55,890 bases of DNA from IMG/VR virus record IMGVR_UViG_3300030095_004334, positions 1 to 55,890 of that record. The stretch is one strand, 5' to 3'. Within the stretch, counting starts at the first letter, position 1; every line of letters starts with the position of its first letter. The notes under the pieces were generated by a model that did no database searches, was not told the DNA's origin, and saw only the letters and a program-made list of their open reading frames with translations. Of the stretch, positions 8,834-17,323 are shown in pieces. Origin of the DNA: a virus. Its lineage: Duplodnaviria; Caudoviricetes. The translations under genes were made by a program, and so were the position numbers.

Positions 8834-9742
8834 TTAAGCACCCGGTGAACCGTAGATACCTCTGAAGTCTGAGAATCCAAATGAATATCTCTCTCTAGCT
8901 TTATATCTTACATTACCTGTATCAAAGTCACCTTCCATTGTAGTTTTGATTGGTGATCTTTCGAAATACTTAAGACCGTTTGGTACATCAGTCATAATGA
9001 AGAATGCATCTGTATCAGTTAAGAAATTATTAACCACATAACCTTGTGGAATCATTCCTTTTGATGCAATAGCATTTGTGTCATTATCTCCTGTGCCAAC
9101 TCTTTGAGCAGACTTCATAAGTCTTTCAGCAGTGAATTGTAGCTGTGAAGGAATAATCATTTTTACACCATTCGCTGCAATTTTTAATCCACGCTCATCT
9201 TTAAATGCAGCAATGTCGATTAATGCTTGCTCTAAAGAAGTTTCTGAAAGATCTGCAGAAGTTGCTAATTCGTTAGCAACATTACCACCAGATACAGTTG
9301 GGTGAGCAGTTGAACAAAGTTCTACACCGTCTCCACCTGTAAAAGAAGAGTTAAACGCATTATTCAATACGTTCGCTGCTTTTACTTGTTTAGTATTAGC
9401 CATTGAACGTGCTAATGCTTTTGTGTATCTAGCTGAGATTCTGTCATACAAATTATCTTCAATTGCTTCTTCAGTGATTGAGAAAGCAAGAGCGATTGTT
9501 TCGTGAGTATAACGTGAAGTATATGACTCTTGTGCATCGTCAAATCCTACCGCTGTACCTTCTTGTTTTACTGCTGCGTTAGCAAAACCTGAAAGCATTA
9601 CTTCTTCTTCAAAAGCTCTGTCTGAAGTTTCTTTTGTAAAGATCTCTTCATGTTGGTTTTCGTAGTTCTTGTACTCCAAGCCGAATAAAGCATTCAAACC
9701 TGGCTCTAGCTCTTTAGCTAATTGTTGTCTTGATATGGCCAT
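8834..9742 (-). CDS. Major capsid protein (Mu-like gpT head subunit family)
   Basis: MAISRxQLxKELEPGLNALFGLEY...KARERYSFGxSDxRGxYGSPGA; follows scaffold; strong terminator. Confidence 0.9.
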   Translation of the reverse strand: MAISRQQLAKELEPGLNALFGLEYKNYENQHEEIFTKETSDRAFEEEVMLSGFANAAVKQEGTAVGFDDAQESYTSRYTHETIALAFSITEEAIEDNLYDRISARYTKALARSMANTKQVKAANVLNNAFNSSFTGGDGVELCSTAHPTVSGGNVANELATSADLSETSLEQALIDIAAFKDERGLKIAANGVKMIIPSQLQFTAERLMKSAQRVGTGDNDTNAIASKGMIPQGYVVNNFLTDTDAFFIMTDVPNGLKYFERSPIKTTMEGDFDTGNVRYKARERYSFGFSDFRGIYGSPGA

Positions 9743-9745
9743 GTT

Positions 9746-10390
9746 CTATACTCCTGTAGTTGCTGGTGTACCAACAACGATTCCTAAGCTGTCTGCATTA
9801 AAGTGAGATGTAAATCTAACAATACATGGAATTCCTGCTGCTGAGAAATCTGCGTTAGCTGCATCGTCTGCCCAACCCATAAATCTTAGCATTAATCCTG
9901 CTGTAGTTGCTAATGTGCTTACACCTAAGGCAGCAGAAGATTTACCTGTTACAGTAGATCCACTTGTGCCGCTAGACATGTCAGCGTTTAAAAATACACT
10001 TGCTCTTGCAGTAGCTTCGTTTGTTAATGATGCATCTGAGGCGATCAAAAATAATTGATTTGGATCGTCTGCTACAAATGCTTTAATTGGGTGATTTGAA
10101 TCAGCCCCTGATCCCGGCCAGAAATTTGAAAAAACCGGTTTACCAGTTGTAGATGAAACATATTCACAACCCATAAAGACTCCAAGAGGAGCTACAGTAC
10201 CACCGTCTGCTGCACCGACTATATCGATAAAACCGGTTGATAACGGTATAACAACAGAACCATTAAAAATGTTGTTACTGTTGTCGTTCTTTATTTCGTA
10301 GTGAGAATATCCACCGACACCTGTACTATTTGAATTACTACCATTTTTTAAATATGGTTTTAATCCGAATGCACTATTTGCGTTTGCCAT
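9746..10390 (-). CDS. Capsid-associated (decoration/cement) protein
   Basis: MANxxxxFGLxP, GVFxGCEY, VxDDPNxxF; immediately upstream of MCP. Confidence 0.6.
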   Translation of the reverse strand: MANANSAFGLKPYLKNGSNSNSTGVGGYSHYEIKNDNSNNIFNGSVVIPLSTGFIDIVGAADGGTVAPLGVFMGCEYVSSTTGKPVFSNFWPGSGADSNHPIKAFVADDPNQLFLIASDASLTNEATARASVFLNADMSSGTSGSTVTGKSSAALGVSTLATTAGLMLRFMGWADDAANADFSAAGIPCIVRFTSHFNADSLGIVVGTPATTGV

Positions 10391-10442
10391 AGTTATTGTC
10401 TCCTATTTATTATTGTCAAGTGGATAAGTAATTGTTAAAAAA

Positions 10443-10916
10443 TTAACTTTTCTTAGTACCACCAAAAGTTACACGACTCTGTCTATCTTGATTGATAGGC
10501 ATCGCATTATGTTGTTCCTTCATGAGATCGTTTTCAATTGCATCGTTTCTGTCTTGTGTTTGTTGTTTAAAGTAATCTTCACGAGACTTTGCAACCTCTT
10601 CAGGTATCCTAGCCAACAATAGGCCACCAACCCCAATTACCCCAGTATTCTTTCCGTCTTTGATAGTAGGAAATTCAGAGTTAGGATATTCATCCGCTCT
10701 TACTAGTTCCCAACCAGATCTAAGTTTACCCATGATGTTTTTAGTATCATCGAAACCCATAGATTCTGCTCTTATCCAACGGTGCCTGTATCCATCAGGT
10801 GCAGGGGGTGCATCTAGAGATGATGGAGGAGTCCAAACTTTAGGTCGTTCTTTTTTAACCCTAGTTTCGCTCGCACGAGAAGTCTTCATTTTATTATTTT
10901 CATTTTTATTTTCCAT
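10443..10916 (-). CDS. Conserved head-module protein
   Basis: WxPPSSLDAPPAPDGYRHRWIR...GGLLLARIP; between scaffold and capsid genes. Confidence 0.65.
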   Translation of the reverse strand: MENKNENNKMKTSRASETRVKKERPKVWTPPSSLDAPPAPDGYRHRWIRAESMGFDDTKNIMGKLRSGWELVRADEYPNSEFPTIKDGKNTGVIGVGGLLLARIPEEVAKSREDYFKQQTQDRNDAIENDLMKEQHNAMPINQDRQSRVTFGGTKKS

Positions 10917-10920
10917 ATGC

Positions 10921-11904
10921 TTAGGCCTCCTTCGTGGTTAAATGTTTCGCATATTCTTCGAGTGGCACACCTAATTTTTTAGCAATTGCTACCTGTGAAG
11001 GTGTGAGTCTCACAGTTTTTTTGCGTCCTGTTTGAGCTGGACGATTAGCTGAAGCGACCGTTTGCGTAACCTTTTCGGTCGGTTTGTTATCGACATTATC
11101 AAATTTATGTGGGAATTCAAGTCTAATTCTTTTATCCACTTCTTGATAATATTCATCACTTGTTGGGTCGTAACCTTCTTCTTCAGTTAATTTTTTATGT
11201 ATGTCAAACGCTGTGTAAGTCATAGCATTATCTTTACCAAACCAACTGTTCTTTGCAGACCAAGCCTCAGCCTTAGGATCCATTTCTTGAGCAGCTTCTT
11301 TTATTGCTGTTGGATTTGCATAACCTGGTTGTTGTGTAGGTTGTTGAACAGGTTGTTGAGCATTGATAGGTGTTGGATTTTGAACTTCTTGAGCCTTTTT
11401 AGCTTGAGCTAATCTTGCGTTATCCAAAGTTAATTGAGCTATTTCTTGTTGAGCAGATACTTGACCTTCTACATCTTGATTATCTATTGCAGTTTTTAAT
11501 TTAATTTTTGCTGCATCTAAATTAGATGTAACTCTTTTTTCAAATTCTTGAACATATCCTTGTGTTGAAGAATTTAAATCAGATTTATATTTTGCGTCTT
11601 TTTCAGCAATAACTGTTTTAGCATAATTTATAGCTTCTTCTTTTTGACGTTCTGCTTCTCTCATTTTTTTAGTGAGTTTAGCAATACGTTTATTAACGCT
11701 TTCACTATAGTCTTTTAATTCATCTTCTTTTTTAGGCTCTTCTTTTAATTCTTCTTTTTTTGGTTCTTCAGAAGAAACTTGTTCTACAACAATCTCCTCT
11801 TTAGGTTCTTCTTTTTTAACACTATCTAAATCAACTTCAGCACCTTTTTCTTCGCCTACGTCAATTAAATTGTGTTCTTCTTCTTTTAATACTTCTTCTG
11901 GCAT
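10921..11904 (-). CDS. Capsid scaffolding protein
   Basis: Acidic N-terminus, long coiled coil, C-terminal VxLTPSQVAIAKKLGVPLEEYAK. Confidence 0.75.
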   Translation of the reverse strand: MPEEVLKEEEHNLIDVGEEKGAEVDLDSVKKEEPKEEIVVEQVSSEEPKKEELKEEPKKEDELKDYSESVNKRIAKLTKKMREAERQKEEAINYAKTVIAEKDAKYKSDLNSSTQGYVQEFEKRVTSNLDAAKIKLKTAIDNQDVEGQVSAQQEIAQLTLDNARLAQAKKAQEVQNPTPINAQQPVQQPTQQPGYANPTAIKEAAQEMDPKAEAWSAKNSWFGKDNAMTYTAFDIHKKLTEEEGYDPTSDEYYQEVDKRIRLEFPHKFDNVDNKPTEKVTQTVASANRPAQTGRKKTVRLTPSQVAIAKKLGVPLEEYAKHLTTKEA

Positions 11905-11918
11905 AGCTATCTCCTATG

Positions 11919-12368
11919 TTATATAGCGTGAAGAATGTGTTCAGGATCTTTTACTGTCGCCAACACTTCATCATCGTTTAATATTCTAATTTCCCCACCT
12001 TCAATTTGTAATCTTGATCCTGCATATCTAGCAAAGATAACCCATTCCTTTTCTTTACACCAAGGACCGGTATTAAATTTTTCTTTATCTTGATAAGCTA
12101 GTGGACCAACTCTTAATACATAACCTGCTTGAACAGCAATTCTTGCTCGATCTAAAGATTCTTGAGCAATAATAATTCCACCTTTAGATTTTTCAGGCAT
12201 TACAAAAGGTAATACTAATAATCTCCAACCAGTAGGTTGAGGTAGTTTATCTATTTCAGATTCAGTTATATTCTGTGCATCGAGAGTTTTCTTTTCTATT
12301 TCTTTTTTCTCTTCTTTTTTTTCGTTTTCGTATTTTTCTTGTAGTGCTAATTTCACTTCAGCCATCAT
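11919..12368 (-). CDS. groES: GroES/Cpn10-family co-chaperonin
   Basis: PTGWRLLV...KSKGGII...VLRVG...VIFARYAG...ILNDDEVLA matches the GroES pattern. Confidence 0.88.
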   Translation of the reverse strand: MMAEVKLALQEKYENEKKEEKKEIEKKTLDAQNITESEIDKLPQPTGWRLLVLPFVMPEKSKGGIIIAQESLDRARIAVQAGYVLRVGPLAYQDKEKFNTGPWCKEKEWVIFARYAGSRLQIEGGEIRILNDDEVLATVKDPEHILHAI

Positions 12369-12555
12369 TTTGCTCCTTATTATCTAGCAGGTTAGAGATT
12401 TCCTGTTGTACGTCTTCTAAAGACCTAACTTCTCCTACAATGTATTGATATTTATCCATACTGTCAACACCACCAGATAATAAAGTTTGAGAACAACGTT
12501 CTATTTTATCTTTAATATACTTTTGTATTCTATTAATAACTACAATGTCTTCCAT
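12358..12555 (-). CDS. Small conserved hypothetical protein
   Basis: AAAGGAG RBS; GGVDSMDKYQYIVG; coupled to groES. Confidence 0.7.
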   Translation of the reverse strand: MEDIVVINRIQKYIKDKIERCSQTLLSGGVDSMDKYQYIVGEVRSLEDVQQEISNLLDNKEQNDG

Positions 12556-12572
12556 TTTTATTTCTCCTTTAA

Positions 12573-12701
12573 TTAACCTTGTTTATTATATTTCTTCCAA
12601 CTTCTCCTTTTGTGTTTATTTTTTGGTCTTGTATTTTTACTATGACCTATACTTGTTCTTTTAGGTGATGGTGTAAAATATTCATTACCTGTTTGTTTCA
12701 T
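12573..12701 (-). CDS. 42-aa basic peptide (not in ORF track)
   Basis: MKQTGNEYFTPSPKRTSIGHSKNTRPKNKHKRRSWKKYNKQG; TAATG overlap with upstream stop; fills the gap. Confidence 0.65.
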   Translation of the reverse strand: MKQTGNEYFTPSPKRTSIGHSKNTRPKNKHKRRSWKKYNKQG

Positions 12702-13213
12702 TACTTCATTCCAGCTAAAGGATTAGCTAAAGTTTTTTGTATGATATCAGTTATTTTTTCTTCTAATTCTGTCATATCTTCCTTGATGTCTTTTATAGCA
12801 AACTTAATATCTGCTGAGTTTTCACGAGAGTCTTGTTTTTGATTCTGTTCTACATCCTCAATAATTTTTTCAACTCTACGTAAATCTGTACGTAAATCAT
12901 TTTTTAATTCGTTCGCAACATCACTTATTAAAGAAATTTCTGATAGTAACATTTGCATTTCTTGCATAATCATATCTACTTCAGTTTGTAAAACAGCAAC
13001 TTCTTTATTCATCTTTTCTTCTGTCACTGCTAATTTTTTATCAAAACCAGATAAATCTGGAGCTACATAAGCTGACACGATTTCTTTAAAATCGGTATAA
13101 TCCTTATAGGCGACAAAGCCCCCATATAATCCTCCAATTAATGTTGATAAGGCAACAAGTAGTGCAAATATTTTTCCACCTTTAAATTTTAAACCTGCAA
13201 ATTCAGCTTCCAT
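12701..13213 (-). CDS. Membrane-anchored coiled-coil protein
   Basis: N-terminal TM segment (IFALLVALSTLIGGLYGGF) followed by a long heptad region. Confidence 0.75.
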   Translation of the reverse strand: MEAEFAGLKFKGGKIFALLVALSTLIGGLYGGFVAYKDYTDFKEIVSAYVAPDLSGFDKKLAVTEEKMNKEVAVLQTEVDMIMQEMQMLLSEISLISDVANELKNDLRTDLRRVEKIIEDVEQNQKQDSRENSADIKFAIKDIKEDMTELEEKITDIIQKTLANPLAGMK

Positions 13214-13214
13214 A

Positions 13215-14963
13215 TTATTCGTATTGACTGTCTATCATTTGATCCATAAGACCGTCACTGCCTCCAAACATTAAATATTGTGCTATGTTGTTATTTGGTA
13301 ACATTGTATCAGGTAAAGTTTCTTTAGTAAAGAAACCTTCTACATCTAATATTTTGTTTTGTGTGTCAAAAAAAGATTTAGTATTACCTAATATTTGCAT
13401 AACTATTAAAGTTTTAGTTTGAGCGGCATCATCATATCTAGCTTTATCATCAATCTTTTTAACTATTTTACTTGCTGCTTTTTCTTTAGCTGAAGATTCT
13501 TTTTTAATTTCTTTTTTTGGTTCTTCTTTTTTAATTTCTTTTTTTGGTTCTTCTTTGGTTTCTTCTTCAGTTTCTTCTATTTCTTTAGGAGTTTCTTCTT
13601 CAACTTCTTCTATCTCTTCAACTTCTTCTATCTCTTCTGTGGTTTCTTTAGGCTCAGATTCAATCATTTCAGGCTCTTCTTTAACTTCTTCTATTTGTGG
13701 TTTGGTTTCTTCTACTTCTGTTTCTACAGATTCTGGTTCCATTTCAGGTTCCATTTCCATTGGCGGTGCTATCTCTTCTAATTCTATAGGTGGAGCAACT
13801 TCTTCAACAGAAGCCATCATATCTGGAGGAGGAGGCATATCCTCTAGTGAAGGTAATTCTAAATTCATTTCCATTTCAATTTCTAATGTAACGGTTTCTA
13901 TGTTTACTGGCATTTCAAAGTCCATATTCATATCAGGTGGGGGTAATAACTCCATGGGTGGAGGAGCATCAAAAGTAACATCATAAGAAATTTCTACATA
14001 TTCAAATTCTAATTCTATTTCTGCCATTTCTATTTCAACAGTTTCGTAAGTTACTTCTTCATATTCAGGTTCAAAAGGCATAAACTCTATCTCACCAATA
14101 TCATTCGTAGCTATGTCATTAAATTCAAATACTTCTTCTGCAAAATTTATTTCTGTATCTAAAAGATTAAGATAATAAATTTCTTCTACTGTAGTTATTT
14201 GTTGAGTAATGATTGTGTTAATTACATTATAAAATACATCCACACTCACGTCATCAAAGACCGGGCCAACTGCTAAATTGATATCTCTACCACCTATTTC
14301 AATAGTAACTTTATTTAATACACCACTGAAATCGAAAGACCCATTATATGATTGATAGCCTGATGATACTCCACTTTCAGACAAGATGTCAGTGCCTGAA
14401 AAGACCTGACTATTTCCGTTAAGTCCTGTAATGTGCATGTATATTCGATCTTGATCATCCTGTTTATCTACTTCTATAGAGTATTTAACTTCACCACCGT
14501 TACTAATATTTAATTCAGAAAAATCAACCGTCTGTATAAATGTAGTGCCCATTCCTGAAACACCCATGGTGGATGTAGAATTACCACTACCTGTAATTTG
14601 AGCACATTTATCAGAGCCTAATCCATAACAATTATTTCCTGTTGGCATTGAAGCAGGACCTTGTCCTCCCCAATCGATATCCATATCTCCCTCTTTACTT
14701 GATCCTACATATCCGTTTGAGCCATCAAGTATGTTATCAGAGTTTTGATTTGTAATAGTTTCTGTGGTTGTCGTAACAGTAGTTGTAGTTGTTGTAACAA
14801 TTTCTGTTCCTAAGTCTTCTTCAGTTATGTCAATTTGTGTATCTTCTGTGATAGTTACACCAGGAGTGCAAAGACCTTGAGTGTCAGGTAAGCAATCTGC
14901 TTTAGAGAGGAACGAATAGCAAGAAGCTAAGAACAAGTAAACCAAAATTCTTAAGATCATCAT
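13215..14963 (-). CDS. Exported acidic protein with E/P-rich linker (start refined to ATG 14963)
   Basis: AAAGGAG RBS; signal-peptide-like MMILRILVYLFLASCYSFLSKA; beta-rich domain, then low-complexity E/P/K stalk. Confidence 0.75.
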   Translation of the reverse strand: MMILRILVYLFLASCYSFLSKADCLPDTQGLCTPGVTITEDTQIDITEEDLGTEIVTTTTTTVTTTTETITNQNSDNILDGSNGYVGSSKEGDMDIDWGGQGPASMPTGNNCYGLGSDKCAQITGSGNSTSTMGVSGMGTTFIQTVDFSELNISNGGEVKYSIEVDKQDDQDRIYMHITGLNGNSQVFSGTDILSESGVSSGYQSYNGSFDFSGVLNKVTIEIGGRDINLAVGPVFDDVSVDVFYNVINTIITQQITTVEEIYYLNLLDTEINFAEEVFEFNDIATNDIGEIEFMPFEPEYEEVTYETVEIEMAEIELEFEYVEISYDVTFDAPPPMELLPPPDMNMDFEMPVNIETVTLEIEMEMNLELPSLEDMPPPPDMMASVEEVAPPIELEEIAPPMEMEPEMEPESVETEVEETKPQIEEVKEEPEMIESEPKETTEEIEEVEEIEEVEEETPKEIEETEEETKEEPKKEIKKEEPKKEIKKESSAKEKAASKIVKKIDDKARYDDAAQTKTLIVMQILGNTKSFFDTQNKILDVEGFFTKETLPDTMLPNNNIAQYLMFGGSDGLMDQMIDSQYE

Positions 14964-15516
14964 TGTCTCCTTTAACCTGTTCTGCTTTTTTGACTTGCAT
15001 GTAATCCTCTCTGTACATAGATCCCTCAGGAATTTTATCAGGGTTTGCCTCCCAATAAGAGGCTGCCTCGGCTCCAATTAAGCCGTTGACCGGGCATGGA
15101 GTTCCTGCGTTTTGCATTGAATCATGAACTCTTGGATCTTGACAAAGCAAACTCACTGCTGCTACTTTCATGCCGTAGGAATAAAGAGCTCTACTTGTGC
15201 GAACACGCTCACAAAATTCGTCTGTGATGACGTAACCTGTAGCTACGCCTAAAATATTATTTTGAACACTTCCACCAATTCCGATTTTGCAAATATCAGA
15301 ATTTGAGTTGAGGATGGTTGGTGCATTCGCTGTTGCGGGTGCATTGTTTAAAACTGTTGAGGACACCGTATTGGTGTTTGCTTTTGCCTGTGTTACTACT
15401 GCTATAGTTGTAATAAATATTAAAAGTATAAATAATAAAAAATTTGTTTTCATTAATTTTTCTATTAATACTATAAGTTTGTAAAACCAAATTTCAAGCC
15501 ACATTAACATCTCCAT
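14902..15516 (-). CDS. Exported cysteine-containing membrane protein (start may be 15504 or 15453)
   Basis: Signal peptide ending AKA, four Cys (DIC, FCER, LCQD, TPCP), hydrophobic C-terminus. Confidence 0.75.
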   Translation of the reverse strand: MEMLMWLEIWFYKLIVLIEKLMKTNFLLFILLIFITTIAVVTQAKANTNTVSSTVLNNAPATANAPTILNSNSDICKIGIGGSVQNNILGVATGYVITDEFCERVRTSRALYSYGMKVAAVSLLCQDPRVHDSMQNAGTPCPVNGLIGAEAASYWEANPDKIPEGSMYREDYMQVKKAEQVKGDNDDLKNFGLLVLSFLLFVPL

Positions 15517-15785
15517 CTTCTTCTAGCTTGTCTTAACCTAGAGTTAGGATCTTTTGCTGCTTTAGGAAATTTTTTCATTTGACCTGCACTTCTTGCACAA
15601 AAAGATTTTCTTCTTTTTGCTGCTTTGCTTCCTTTTTTAACTTTACCTGTAACGGCTGTCTTTAACTTAGAACCCGGATTTTCTGCTCTATATCTAGCAA
15701 CACCTGCTTTAGTCATACCAGCACCACTCTTTGTAGATCTAAAATACTTTTTAGTTTTAGGTGGTTGTTTGTCTGGTTTTCTCAC
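15504..15785 (-). CDS. Small highly basic protein (DUF6321-like)
   Basis: GxTxAGVxxYRxENPGSKL...RRKSFCARS...DPNSRxxxxxRRWxC. Confidence 0.7.
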   Translation of the reverse strand: MRKPDKQPPKTKKYFRSTKSGAGMTKAGVARYRAENPGSKLKTAVTGKVKKGSKAAKRRKSFCARSAGQMKKFPKAAKDPNSRLRQARRRWRC

Positions 15786-16063
15786 ACCAACCCACCCATA
15801 GACATATTTTTTCTTTTAGGTGCAAAGGTTGCTGCTCTTGTAGGTTTAGGACCTGTATTAGATTTAGCTTGTTTTCTTCTGACCGCTCCTGCTTTTTGAC
15901 CTTTGGACATAGATCTTGCTTTCGCTATAGGAACACACTTAGGATAATTTTTTCTTTTCTCTCCACCACTTCGACCACATTTAGGATAAGAACCATCGGA
16001 TTTTTTATTGGCTATATCTACCCAATTTTCTTTTACCCAAGATCTTAATCCTTTTTCAGCCAT
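15782..16063 (-). CDS. Small basic protein (GLRxWxKExWVD family)
   Basis: GLRSWVKENWVD...CGR...YPKCVP; ends in MSMGGLV. Confidence 0.7.
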   Translation of the reverse strand: MAEKGLRSWVKENWVDIANKKSDGSYPKCGRSGGEKRKNYPKCVPIAKARSMSKGQKAGAVRRKQAKSNTGPKPTRAATFAPKRKNMSMGGLV

Positions 16064-16353
16064 TATGCGGCAATAATTTTTGTTTCTTTTCTTTTATTTG
16101 AATCAACAGCTCCACATCCTGCAGCAACAATTTTTCCACCATTTGCTTTTCTTAAACGTGAAACTTGTTTTCTTGATTGAGATATTCCATTACCATTACC
16201 AACCATACCACCATCAGCTTTTTTATTTTTCTTACCACCAGGAGTTATTTTACCAGAACAAACTCCACTAGCATACATGTTCGCATATGCACTAGGGTAA
16301 ACTTTAAATTTTCTCTTAGCAGCAGCTTTTCCTTTTGCACAAAGTTTAGCCAT
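16063..16353 (-). CDS. Small basic protein (DUF5872-like PSAYA motif)
   Basis: AKRKFKVYPSAYAN; AAGGAG RBS; two GG motifs. Confidence 0.7.
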   Translation of the reverse strand: MAKLCAKGKAAAKRKFKVYPSAYANMYASGVCSGKITPGGKKNKKADGGMVGNGNGISQSRKQVSRLRKANGGKIVAAGCGAVDSNKRKETKIIAA

Positions 16354-16456
16354 TGTCGTTCTCCTTACAAGGACAAGTCATACAATCACAATCCATACAA
16401 GTCATACCACAATGACAAAGATGACCACACTTTTCACATTTAACTACTTCGGTCAT
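16346..16456 (-). CDS. 36-aa metallothionein-like Cys-rich peptide (not in ORF track)
   Basis: MTEVVKCEKCGHLCHCGMTCMDCDCMTCPCKENDNG: 9 Cys and 2 His; ATGA overlap upstream, overlaps next start. Confidence 0.75.
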   Translation of the reverse strand: MTEVVKCEKCGHLCHCGMTCMDCDCMTCPCKENDNG

Positions 16457-16671
16457 TTTTTAACTTTGCCTCCTCTTTTCATTTTTTTAACTGTACCACC
16501 TTTTTTCTTGCCTCCTCTTAACATTTGAAAATCACCAGCATCTATTTTATTATTTTTATTTTTATCTAATTTAACTTGTCCACCAACAAGTTTACCGTCC
16601 TTATACATTTTTCTTTTCTTACCGTTTTTAAGTTTTGTAGTCATTTTTAATGCTCCTCTATTTATTGCCAT
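16453..16671 (-). CDS. Small Lys-rich protein
   Basis: Repeated KxGGxV; EF-hand-like LDKNKNNKIDAGDF. Confidence 0.7.
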   Translation of the reverse strand: MAINRGALKMTTKLKNGKKRKMYKDGKLVGGQVKLDKNKNNKIDAGDFQMLRGGKKKGGTVKKMKRGGKVKK

Positions 16672-16783
16672 TGTTTTTACCTATCGCTTTTTTTAATGTT
16701 TTTGCTTGTTTAGCATGCGTCCTTGACGCTTTACTTAAACCTTTAATCACCTTTTTAATTTTTTTCTTTGCTTGTGGTTTCAT
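16658..16783 (-). CDS. 41-aa basic peptide (not in ORF track)
   Basis: MKPQAKKKIKKVIKGLSKASRTHAKQAKTLKKAIGKNNGNK; ATGA overlap with upstream stop. Confidence 0.65.
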   Translation of the reverse strand: MKPQAKKKIKKVIKGLSKASRTHAKQAKTLKKAIGKNNGNK

Positions 16784-17175
16784 TTCTTTTTACTAATCAT
16801 TCCTTTGATACCCGGTACCGCCCTAACCCCCAGAGAAACGGAGCAAGCCAAATATAATAAATGGGTATAATATTCTGGTAAAGTTTCCAAAATTTCAAAC
16901 CCACGAGCTATGTGTGGTTGCATAAAAGGCAAGAAGCTACAAATTGCAGGAATCATTAGGGCTAATAAAACAAATTCGTCTTTCCAGCTCCCTTTCATTT
17001 GATCTACAGCCGAAGCCTCCCAAGCAACCTTGCCTGCTATTTGTTGTTCTTTCAACGACTTCTGTGCTTGAATTTCAGTAAGTTTTAATTCTGATTTTGC
17101 TTTTTTAGTTGCAACAAAACCTTTTACTGTATCACCGATAATTGAGGTGAGAGGTCCGACTAATAGATTAAACAT
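16780..17175 (-). CDS. Holin-like membrane protein (3TM/GTA-holin-like)
   Basis: Amphipathic N-terminus, SWKDE motif, two TM segments, basic C-terminal tail. Confidence 0.55.
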   Translation of the reverse strand: MFNLLVGPLTSIIGDTVKGFVATKKAKSELKLTEIQAQKSLKEQQIAGKVAWEASAVDQMKGSWKDEFVLLALMIPAICSFLPFMQPHIARGFEILETLPEYYTHLLYLACSVSLGVRAVPGIKGMISKKK

Positions 17176-17176
17176 T

Positions 17177-17290
17177 TTAAACCCCTTGTATTACCATATA
17201 AAGAACAACAATAGCAATAGCTACAACAATAACTTTGCCTTTTTTATTTAAGTTTGTCCATTTAGATAATATTTTATCTTTCCACATCAT
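17177..17290 (-). CDS. 37-aa single-TM peptide (not in ORF track)
   Basis: AAGGAG RBS; MMWKDKILSKWTNLNKKGKVIVVAIAIVVLYMVIQGV. Confidence 0.7.
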   Translation of the reverse strand: MMWKDKILSKWTNLNKKGKVIVVAIAIVVLYMVIQGV

Positions 17291-17323
17291 ATTAGACTCC
17301 TTTTGTGTGGAGGATTATAGCAG

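Noticed and set aside
13490-13760. EEPKKE and EEIEE tandem repeats (also at 11720-11820)
   Set aside because: Ordinary low-complexity coding linkers
14964-15077. N-terminal extensions given by the ORF track (also 39064-39114, 43863-43928, 32517-32570)
   Set aside because: Downstream starts have an RBS or coupled overlaps; the extensions run into neighbouring genes or promoters
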